64,000 nt of DNA from an uncultured Alphaproteobacteria bacterium (GTDB taxonomy: Bacteria > Pseudomonadota > Alphaproteobacteria > Rhizobiales > Beijerinckiaceae): NCBI GenBank assembly GCA_963811555.1, contig CAWESG010000016.1:9743-73742 (forward strand). The letters run 5' to 3'. The notes under the pieces are model-generated. The model did not search any database. It saw only the letters and a list, made by a program, of their open reading frames with translations, and had not been told where the DNA came from. The position numbers were made by a program, and so were the translations under genes. Below, in pieces: positions 51,608 to 60,600 of the stretch (positions within the stretch are counted from its first letter, which is position 1; the number at the start of each line of letters is the position of its first letter).

Positions 51608-52831
51608 TCACGCCGCGCACAGGATTTCGTCTTCGAGCGCAGCGAGATCGATTGCAGGCGCAAAGGAGATCATCTCTTCCTCGCGACGAGAAAGTCTCAA
51701 CGTCGCTTCGCGCGCCTCTTCCCGCGCCGCCTCCATTTCAAAGCGGCGCAGCAAGGCCATTAATTTATCGAGTTCGCCGGCGTTGATTTCGTCGCAGGCT
51801 GTCAAGACGCGCTCGATCATGACAAGCGAGAGTCGCGCCTCTCCCAAATGCTCGCCATTCTTGCCAAATTCCCGTTGAGCCTCAAGGGCCGCGCGGAACG
51901 CCGGCAACAACTGGATCGACAGGCCGGCGCGCGCATAAAGCGCGGCAAATCCGGGTCCACGGAAGTCGCGCACAAGACCGGAAACCTTGTCTTCGCGCAG
52001 GCCTGACAATTCCGCGAGCGCCGCTTCGAAGAGCTCGCCATTTCCGCAAAGCAAGGCGCGCAGCACGAGGCTCGCGGTCAGTTGGCCGCTGCTGCGCAAA
52101 TGCTTCACAAGATCGCGCAGTCCCTGTCGGCCGTCGCTTTCGACCGCGTCCGCAATGATGATGACATTGGCCCTGTCGCGCGCTTCACGAGTCAAACGCT
52201 CGGCGCGTTCGCTCGAAAGCCAGGCGCAATCGACGACGAAGGATGTCAGGCTTGCAGCGGCGGCGTTCACGAGATCATTGCGAATGACCGGGGGCAGATA
52301 GGGGCGAGACAGCAGCGCCTCGCGCATTTCGCCATCGTCGCCAAAACGTTCGACCATGCGACGCATGGAAAATTCTGGAAGGTCGGCGCCGGGATTGACG
52401 GCGAGCGAGATCGCCGCTTCGCGCGAACCCACTTCCGCCAAGGCGGCGCAAACGCTCGCGGGCACGCGCGCCCGCAACGCAATGGCGCTTTGCGCGAAGG
52501 AGTTGCCAATAGCGGCGCAATCGATCAACTCGGCTTCGGTCAACAATGGCGAGCGCGACAACACCGGCGCGGCGATGTCGGATTGATCATTGGCGAGCGC
52601 CGCAACGATCGCATGCGGCGCGTCGATGGCGCTCGCAAAACTGTCGGCTAGCGCGCGCCGAACCAGCGGCGAAGGGTCGTCGAGCAGCGCCGTGAGCGCC
52701 AGCTCCGCTTCACGCCGCGTCGCTTGCTCCAGATCGGAATAGAGATAGGCTCTGGCGAGCGCGCCGGCTCCTTCGGCGCGAGGTGCAGCGGGCGCTGTTT
52801 GCGCCCACTGCAGGAAGTTACGCACGATCAT
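51608..52831 (-). CDS. DUF2336 domain-containing protein
   Basis: LLDDPSPLVRRALA, LANDQ.DIA.PVL..SPLL…LID, AIA.R…V..ALAEVG. Confidence 0.85.
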   Translation of the reverse strand: MIVRNFLQWAQTAPAAPRAEGAGALARAYLYSDLEQATRREAELALTALLDDPSPLVRRALADSFASAIDAPHAIVAALANDQSDIAAPVLSRSPLLTEAELIDCAAIGNSFAQSAIALRARVPASVCAALAEVGSREAAISLAVNPGADLPEFSMRRMVERFGDDGEMREALLSRPYLPPVIRNDLVNAAAASLTSFVVDCAWLSSERAERLTREARDRANVIIIADAVESDGRQGLRDLVKHLRSSGQLTASLVLRALLCGNGELFEAALAELSGLREDKVSGLVRDFRGPGFAALYARAGLSIQLLPAFRAALEAQREFGKNGEHLGEARLSLVMIERVLTACDEINAGELDKLMALLRRFEMEAAREEAREATLRLSRREEEMISFAPAIDLAALEDEILCAA

Positions 52832-52893
52832 AGCGTTAGCCCCTGACCCCAAAGAGGGGGTAATTCGTCCCAGCCCTGGAAGATTTGCATTTT

Positions 52894-53691
52894 ATGGTAA
52901 ATTCTGACTTAAGATCGACACAGTCCGGACAAAATCGCGCCGATTTACGGACTTGTTTGATCGTCAGCGCCAATGATCGCGAAGAATTCTCCGCCGCGCT
53001 CACAAGCGATGCGAGCGCGCTGTTCTTGAGACTTGGAAATTCGCGCGAGGAGAGCGAGCGACGCCATTCGCGCGCCGCTGCGAAGGAGTTGCTTAGAGCG
53101 CGGGTTGGGAGCGTCCCAAAGATTTACGTCGAGGTCGCTCCGGTCGAAACCGAGACCCTCGACCGCGATCTTGCCGAACTTATCCCCGCGGCCCCAGACG
53201 GGATTTTGCTCGAGGATGCGCGCGGCGGCGCAAGCATTCAGCATCTGTCCTGCAAACTGGCCGTGCTGGAGGCCGAGTGCGGATTTGGGGATGGCGCAAT
53301 CGAAATTCTCGCGCTCGCCGGGCAAAGTCCGGCTGGCGTTTTCGGCTTGGGGAGTTTCGCCAACGCTTCGGCTCGACTTGCGGGACTTGTTTTCGATGAG
53401 GATGGCTTGCGAGCTCATCTCGCGAGGCCGGAATTCCCTGACCGCGTAACTGAAGACGGACCGCCGACTCTGACGCCGATCTCAGTTGCGCGGTCGCTTT
53501 TGGTCATTGGCGCGGCGGCGGCGGGCGTCGCGGCGATCGACAGCGCCTGTCCCGACGATTCAGAGCTCGCGGCCCATTGTCGAGCTTCCCTTCGTTACGG
53601 ATTCAGCGGAAAAATGGCTCGATCTCGCGCGCAACTGCCCATGATCGACCGAGTTTTTGGCGGCGCATCCCCGCGGCCGGAGGCGAAATGA
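52894..53691 (+). CDS. CitE/HpcH-like (malyl-CoA/citrate lyase beta) fold protein with degenerate active site
   Basis: Colinear with CitE-like proteins (RTCLIVSAND, PDGILL, LAVLEAECG…G.I.ILA, RLAGL, ARSLLVIGAAAAGVAAID, GFSGKMA…Q…I..VF); start uncertain. Confidence 0.7.
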   Translation: MVNSDLRSTQSGQNRADLRTCLIVSANDREEFSAALTSDASALFLRLGNSREESERRHSRAAAKELLRARVGSVPKIYVEVAPVETETLDRDLAELIPAAPDGILLEDARGGASIQHLSCKLAVLEAECGFGDGAIEILALAGQSPAGVFGLGSFANASARLAGLVFDEDGLRAHLARPEFPDRVTEDGPPTLTPISVARSLLVIGAAAAGVAAIDSACPDDSELAAHCRASLRYGFSGKMARSRAQLPMIDRVFGGASPRPEAK

Positions 53692-53728
53692 TCGACAAAA
53701 GGCCATGTTCTGCGTCATATCTCCCCTC

Positions 53729-54670
53729 ATGAAGAGACCCTTGTCCTCGGCGCTGCTCATTCTTCTGGCCGGCGCTGCGCCCGCCTTCGCGCAAACGACC
53801 ATAGCTCCAAAGCCTGGCCATTCTGCGAAACCGCTTTCCGCCGGAGAGTCTGAGGCGCAGGCGACGTTGCATCTTTCGGCCGCCCTCACGCAAAACGACC
53901 AGCAAAATGTCCGCGCCGGCATTACGTGGCGGGTTTTCGAGGAGGCCGCGCAACCGGACGGCTCGCATCGGCTCGTCGCGGAATCAAAGGACGCCGCTCC
54001 CGCCCTATCGCTTCCCGACGGAGCCTATATCGTCCATGCCGCATTCGGTCTCGCTGGGGTGACGAAACGCGTCGCAATCGACGGTCGAAACGTCAGCGAA
54101 CGGCTCATATTGAACGCCGGCGGTCTCAAGCTCGTGGATAAACTCGGCGAAACTCAAATTCCGCCGCAGCGTCTGTCCATTTCGATATACGTCCCGGAGC
54201 GCGGCAATTCCGAAGCAAAACTGGTTTTGGCCAACGCCAAGGCGGACGAAACTTTGTGCCTGCCCGAGGGCTCTTATCATATTGTTTCGACGCTGCTCGA
54301 CACGTCGCAAGGCGCGCAGGGCGGCAGCAATGCGACCAACTCGGTCGTGACGACCGACTTGCGTGTCGCCGCCGGTAAAATACTCGAAGCGACGCTGCGG
54401 CATCGAGCCGCCACAATGACGTTAAAGCTCGTCAATTCGCCGGGGGGCGAGGCTTTGGCCAACACCTCCTTCTCCGTCTTGACGCCGGGCGGCGACGTCA
54501 TTCGCGAATTGATCGGCGCTTTTCCGGCGTTGGTTTTAGCCGAAGGCGAATATGTCGCGATCGCGCGTCACGAGGCGAAAACATACCAGACGACATTTAA
54601 AGTGCAGTCGACGATCGACCATGATGTCGAGATCGTCACTCAGCAACAGGCTGCGCCTCCGAGCCAATAA
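53729..54670 (+). CDS. secreted beta-sandwich-repeat hypothetical protein
   Basis: Signal peptide MKRPLSSALLILLAGAAPAFA; three repeats ending LPDGAYIV / LPEGSYHIV / LAEGEYVA. Confidence 0.8.
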   Translation: MKRPLSSALLILLAGAAPAFAQTTIAPKPGHSAKPLSAGESEAQATLHLSAALTQNDQQNVRAGITWRVFEEAAQPDGSHRLVAESKDAAPALSLPDGAYIVHAAFGLAGVTKRVAIDGRNVSERLILNAGGLKLVDKLGETQIPPQRLSISIYVPERGNSEAKLVLANAKADETLCLPEGSYHIVSTLLDTSQGAQGGSNATNSVVTTDLRVAAGKILEATLRHRAATMTLKLVNSPGGEALANTSFSVLTPGGDVIRELIGAFPALVLAEGEYVAIARHEAKTYQTTFKVQSTIDHDVEIVTQQQAAPPSQ

Positions 54671-54692
54671 GGCCGCCTCGTTCTGCATGGCG

Positions 54693-54727
54693 AAAAAAAC
54701 GCGGACCGCCTGAGCGATCCGCGTTTT
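54693..54727. terminator. bidirectional intrinsic terminator
   Basis: AAAAAAACGCGGA…TCCGCGTTTT between convergent genes. Confidence 0.8.
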
Positions 54728-54754
54728 CCGCGACGTATTCGGACTTAGGCGACT

Positions 54755-55792
54755 TTATTTGAAGGTAGCCGAGGTGAAGTCGATCGAGAGCGAGGCGACG
54801 AAGCGCTGACCGCACCAGCTCGACGAGCTCTGGCCCGTGAGCGTATTGATCGAGGCGATGAAGTTGCCCGACGGATCTGAGGTGTTCAGGAAGCAGCCGG
54901 CCCGCGTCAGATTCGAGTCATAGTAGCGCAGGTCGAGCGTGACCATGTTCCAGTTATACGACGCGCCGACGTTCCAGGTATTGTAGCTCGCAAATTTGAA
55001 ACCGTGGTTGCCCAGGAAGAAACCGTTGCGAAGGAAGTTCGTATCCGGGTCGATGTAGCTGAAGCCGTATTGCGACGTGGCCATGCCGAGATAGTAGTGG
55101 CCGAAGGCGCCGGAAAGCGAGAAGCCGGAATAGTCGGTGTTCGCAAACGGCGTCAGTTTGGCGTTGATCTCGGAGTAAAGAGCGTGCGCGCCATAATTAT
55201 TCCAGTTGGGGTCATAAGCGATCTGACCGCCGAGCGTCAGATAGTCGTTCACCGCCCAAGATGGCTTGAAGTAGATTTCGACATAGCTCGGATCGAAGGC
55301 AGTGGTCGGAGCGGCGTTGGGCGAATTCCTGAAGGTCGTGACCGGTATGGCGCCGCCGATGAACCACTGTTGATGATTGCTTGGATAGGCGTAATAGATC
55401 GCGCCGAAATCGAGCGTCAGCGGACCCCAGGTCGGACGAATGCCGCCATAGATGTCCACCTCGGCGAGGGGACTCGTGGGCAGATGCACATTGGTGACAG
55501 ACGTGCCGGCGTAGAACCAGCCATAGCGAAGTTCGCCGTAGACGTTCCCGGCCGGGCGGTGAGCGCTGTTCGAAATGCCGCGAACAATATAGTCGGACAT
55601 GAACTTGGCGCCCCAGGCGTAGTCGAAGCCTGCGCTCAAGAAGTCGAAGTTGGGCTCGGGCCAGGCGATGAGCGGCTTGGCCGGCGGCGGCGGCTCGGGC
55701 GCAGCCTTTTTCTTGCTGTCCAGATCGGCTGCGAATGCCGAATTCAACGCAAGGGTCACGGCCGCGACGCCGATCAGCATTTTCCTTTTCAT
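54755..55792 (-). CDS. TorF/Gcw_chp family putative porin
   Basis: Signal peptide, SDYIVRGISNS, EVDIYGGIRP, DFGAIYYAYP, LDLRYYDSNL. Confidence 0.88.
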   Translation of the reverse strand: MKRKMLIGVAAVTLALNSAFAADLDSKKKAAPEPPPPAKPLIAWPEPNFDFLSAGFDYAWGAKFMSDYIVRGISNSAHRPAGNVYGELRYGWFYAGTSVTNVHLPTSPLAEVDIYGGIRPTWGPLTLDFGAIYYAYPSNHQQWFIGGAIPVTTFRNSPNAAPTTAFDPSYVEIYFKPSWAVNDYLTLGGQIAYDPNWNNYGAHALYSEINAKLTPFANTDYSGFSLSGAFGHYYLGMATSQYGFSYIDPDTNFLRNGFFLGNHGFKFASYNTWNVGASYNWNMVTLDLRYYDSNLTRAGCFLNTSDPSGNFIASINTLTGQSSSSWCGQRFVASLSIDFTSATFK

Positions 55793-56056
55793 GCCCAGGA
55801 ACTCCAATCTGGAAGAAATCATCACCCGATTCTTTCGCCGCGAACTATGATTCCTTCAAGTCCAAGCTCGAAGCATTTGCCTATTTGTTGTGCAAAATTT
55901 AAGCTGTACGTTATTTGTTTAATGAGAGTGACGAATTTATCACAGTGCTGTCGGCAAAAGGACAACCCTGTCAGGGCCTTACTTGCTTCAAGCCAGGACG
56001 ACGCCAGTTAAGGTCTTGGTAATCGCCAGCCTTGCGATGAAATCAGGGGGAAATCA

Positions 56057-57598
56057 ATGAGCGAAGACGAAACGCCGCCGCAAGGCCCGGATTTCTCCAA
56101 AGGCGTCGATCAGCAGCTGGTTGGGGACGGCGCTCTTCTCCCGGGCCATGTCGGCGGGGAAGGCGCGATCGCCGTCCGCCGGGGCGACGAGGTCTTCATC
56201 ATCGGCGCATCCTGCACCCATTACCATGGCCCTCTGGCCGAAGGTCTCGTTGTCGGCGACGCGATCCGCTGCCCCTGGCACCATGCGTGTTTCGAGCTGC
56301 GAACCGGGAGAGCGGTCCGCGCCCCAGCGCTCGACCCGGTTCCGGCCTGGCGCGTGGAGCAGATCGACGGCAAGATTTTCGCCCGTGAGCGCCTGCCGGC
56401 TCCTCCGCGGGAGAGACAAGCGGAAGGCCCAAAATCGATCATTATCGTCGGCGGCGGGGCCGCCGGGCTTGCTGCTGCGGTTGCGCTACGTCGGGAGGGG
56501 TTCGAGGGCTCCCTTGTGATGGTCAGCGCCGACCCCTCTGCTCCCTATGATCGGCCGAACCTGTCGAAGGATTATCTCGCCGGCTCGGCTCCGGAGGAAT
56601 GGCTGCCGCTGCGTGATGACGAATTCTACAAGTCTCAACGCATTGATCTGCGTCTCTCGGCGCGCGTAAAGAGCCTGTTGATCGGCGAATGCGCCGTGGA
56701 GCTCGAAACCGGCGAGCGTCTTTCCTATGACGCCTTGCTGCTGGCGACAGGCGCGGATCCCGTTCGGCTGAGCACTCCTGGCGTCGACTTGCCGCATGTT
56801 CATTATCTCCGGACGCTCGCGGACAGCCGCGCGCTCATCGCGGCGGCGACGTCGGCAAAGCGCGTGGTGGTGATCGGCGCGAGCTTTATCGGTCTTGAAA
56901 CCGCCGCCGCCTTGCGCACGCGCGGGCTTGAGATTCATGTCGTTGCGCCGGAAGACATCCCCATGGCGCGAATTCTCGGCCCGGAGCTTGGAGCTTATGT
57001 GCGCTCCCTTCACGAAGAGCGCGGCGTCGTTTTTCATCTCGGCCAATCGGTCGCGTCGATTTCAAAGGATGCAGTCACTCTCTCCACAGGGAAAAGCGTC
57101 CCAGCCGATCTCGTCATCATCGGCGTTGGGGTGCGGCCGACGGTTGCGCTTGCCGAAGCGGCGGGCCTGAAAATGGACAAAGGCGTGCTGGTCGACGAGT
57201 TCCTCGAAACAAGCGCGGCCGGCGTCTTCGCGGCGGGCGACATCGCTCGCTGGCCGGATCGCCTGACCGGACAAAACATCAGAGTCGAGCATTGGGTCGT
57301 CGCCGAGCGTCAGGGACAGACGGCGGCGCGCAACATGCTGGGGCGGCGCGAGCCTTTCGAAGCTGTCCCGTTTTTCTGGAGCCAGCATTACGACGTTGCG
57401 ATTTCCTATGTCGGCCACGCGGCTTCATGGGACCGCACGCAAATCACCGGGAATGTTCAAGAGGGCGATTGCGTCGTCGAATATTTTCAAAGCGGAAAAA
57501 AGGTCGCGGTTGCGAGCGTTTCACGCGATCTCGACAGTCTGCGCGCGGAAGCGGAGTTCGAAAGGGCGATCGCCGCAGCGCCCCGCCCCTTGAACTGA
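56057..57598 (+). CDS. Rieske-domain FAD-dependent oxidoreductase (AIF-like)
   Basis: CTHYHGPL…CPWHHACF Rieske motif; GGGAAG, PYDRPNLSK, GASFIGLE, AAGDIA, RVEHW, PFFWS. Confidence 0.93.
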   Translation: MSEDETPPQGPDFSKGVDQQLVGDGALLPGHVGGEGAIAVRRGDEVFIIGASCTHYHGPLAEGLVVGDAIRCPWHHACFELRTGRAVRAPALDPVPAWRVEQIDGKIFARERLPAPPRERQAEGPKSIIIVGGGAAGLAAAVALRREGFEGSLVMVSADPSAPYDRPNLSKDYLAGSAPEEWLPLRDDEFYKSQRIDLRLSARVKSLLIGECAVELETGERLSYDALLLATGADPVRLSTPGVDLPHVHYLRTLADSRALIAAATSAKRVVVIGASFIGLETAAALRTRGLEIHVVAPEDIPMARILGPELGAYVRSLHEERGVVFHLGQSVASISKDAVTLSTGKSVPADLVIIGVGVRPTVALAEAAGLKMDKGVLVDEFLETSAAGVFAAGDIARWPDRLTGQNIRVEHWVVAERQGQTAARNMLGRREPFEAVPFFWSQHYDVAISYVGHAASWDRTQITGNVQEGDCVVEYFQSGKKVAVASVSRDLDSLRAEAEFERAIAAAPRPLN

Positions 57599-57621
57599 TC
57601 TCCCGCAGTCCGGCGGGCCGG

Positions 57622-60600
57622 TTACTCGAACCGGCTCGCAGCGTGACAGAGCATCGTGTAGACCTTGCCCGCATCCGACGTGAGATAGCTGCGCGCGATC
57701 GAACCATCGCGGTCGGAGCGGTTCGTATCGAGCAGAAGCCGCTCGAACTCCTGCACATAATGGTCGACGGTGCCGTGGAAGTCGGGATCGCTCCGATAGC
57801 GGCGGCGAATTTCTTCAAAGGTCTGATGACCCTGCCCCGTGTAGAGGCGGCGCCCGAACAATCCGCTGCGTTCGCCGCGCTGGAACCGCTCCCACAATTC
57901 GACAACCGCTCCATGGTCCACCATGCGCGCAATATCGAGAGTGAGGCTGTCGAGCGCGCCGGAGCCCGACGGAAGCGCGCCGCCGCGCTCCTGCGCTGGC
58001 GCAGGAGCGTCATCGCGCGAGGCGCGCGCCAGCAGATCGCTGAGCCAACCGCTTGCGGCGGAGGGTTCAGCGGCCTGACGGACCTCAGGCAGACGGATGA
58101 CCGGCTGCGCCGCCGGTGACGGCTTGGCGCGCGCTGGCTCCTCGCGTCCGCGCGCCGGCGCCCAAGCGGCTTCCGCACGCCCGGCCGGCGCGCTTTGTGC
58201 GGCGGCTGGCGCATCGGCCATCCGGCGTGAAGGAAGCGCGACAGGCGCCTGTTCGGCGATGTCATAGACGCGTCCGGAGCGCGCGACGATGTCGGTCAGT
58301 TCGTTCAGCGCCTTGACCTGATCGCCGACAACGCGCCGCAATGCGGCGGCCTGCTCCGCCGTCTCGCGGGGCAATTCGGCCGCGCCACGGCGGACTTCGT
58401 TGCGCGTCGCTTCGATCTCGCGTTGGATCTCGAGAGACAGTCCGCGCATTTCCGCAGCGGCGGCTGAAAATTTCTCCGTCGCCTGACCGAAGATTTTCGT
58501 CAGCTCGCTATTTGCCTGTTCGTAATTGGCGCGCAACGCGGCCGCGGTGCGTTCACGCTCTTTCGCCGCGTGTTCGCGAACCTCGCCGAAACTCTCGTCC
58601 ACGATATGCACGGTTTCCTGCGCGGATTTCGTGAGAAGCCCGCCGATTTCTTGCGCGCGCGATTCGACGTGACGGAAGCTTTCCTCGACAAGACCGGAAA
58701 ACGTTCCGACAGCCCCCTCGAAGTCCGAGCGTTTTTTCTCGATGAGGCCGACAAGCGACTCGAGCGAACGCCTGCGCGCATCGAGCGCCTGATCGAGCGC
58801 GCCTTGCGTCTGCGCCAATTGACCGGCGCTTTGCGCGAGCGACTGATGATGCGTCTCAAGAGCGCCGACGATGGCCCCTGCGTCGCGCACGGTGCCGCCC
58901 GCGACGTCGCCGATGCGTCCGATCTGCTGCGATACGTCACCAATCGCGCCGTGGAATTCCTGCAGCCTTTTGTTCAGCTCGGATTCGAGCGTCTCGAGAT
59001 TGGCGCCGGCCAATTCGATGATGTTGCGCAAGGAGAAGTTGGTCTGGCTGAGTTTGTCGAGCACGCTTGGCAGTTCCGAGCGCAGCTTCTCGCTTGTGGA
59101 GAGCAGAGCCGAGACGGCGGTGTTGGAGCTTGCGTCCAAGGCCTGCTGCAGCTTCGTCGTGGTCTCTTCGATCGACGAAACAGAAGCGATGGCGCCGCTC
59201 TCCAGCACATGACGCAACGCGGCCGTCGATTCTTCGATCGAGTTCGACAATCTCCGCCCGCTTCTCGCCAAGATGCTGAACGAGCGTGGAGCCGCGGCTT
59301 TGGATTGCATTCGCGACCAGTTCGCCGACGCTGGAGAGTTCGCGCGTCACGTCGCCGCCACGAACGTCGAGAAGCTCGTGAATTTGAGTGAGGCGCGCAT
59401 CGAGCGTCGTGCTGATCTCGCTCACGCGATCCGTCAGCGCCTTGCCGAGATCGCCCGTGCGTCCGTGCAATGTCGTGTCGAGCTCGCGGCGCGCGGCTGC
59501 GAGCGTCTGATTGATTTCATCGACGCGGGCGCTGATCGTCTCGACAACCAGGCGGCTGCGATCGCCAATCTCGTTCGAGACGGCGTCAAGTCGGCCGACC
59601 ACATTCTTTTCGAACAGGCCGATGCGGCCGTCGAGCGTGCCGGCGATCTCCTCGGCGCGGCCGCCGAGAGTCGCGTTGATTTCCTCGGCCTTGGACGACA
59701 GCGTCTCAGTCAATTGCGTCGAGCGCTGCAACAGAATGGCGTCGATGTCCTTGACCTTCGCCTCGAACTGATTGAGCACTTCGCGGCCGCCGTCGCCAAG
59801 GGTGCGCGCGACGTCGACGGCGTGTCTGGCGAGCGTCTCCTGCAATGCTTTGCCGCCCGCCGACAGACCCGTATCGATGCGCTGAACAAGGCCTTCGATG
59901 CGGTCCGCCGCCTCTTTCGTCTTGGCGTCGGAAACCGCTTCGAATCGATCGATCTTCGAAGACATCGTTCCGGCGATCTCGTCGGCGCGGGCGCCGAGTT
60001 GGTCGACGAGCGAAACGCCGGTCGTCGACAAAGCGCGATCGATGGCTTCGAGGTGAACGCCGACTTCCTTCGCGAAACGCTGCGCATGGTCGCCCAGCCG
60101 CTCTGTCGCCTCTTGCGTCTTGGAGTTCGAAATCCTTTCGAACCGTTCGATTTCCGACGACAAGGCCGCCGCGATGTCGCCGGAACGCGAACCAAGCTGT
60201 TCGACAAGCGACCCGCCGCCCGTCGAAATCGCGCGGTCGATCGCTTCGAGATGCCCGCTGACTTCGGCCACGAAGCGCTGCGCCTGCTCGCTGATGCGCT
60301 CCGCCGCTTCTTGCGTTTTCGCATCGGACGCCGTCTCGAATCGCTCGATCTCGGACGACAACGTCTCGGCAATATGGTCCGAGCGCGCCTCAAGCCGCTC
60401 GACAAGCGACCCGCCGCCCGTCGAAATCGCGTTGTCGATCGCTTCGAGATGCCCGCTGACTTCGGCTACAAAGCGCTGCGCCTGCTCGCTGATCCGCTCC
60501 GCCACTTCTTGCGTTTTCGCATCGGACGCGGTCTCGAATCGCTCGATCTCGGACGACAACGCCTCGGCAATATGGTCCGAGCGCGCCTCAAGCCGCTCGA

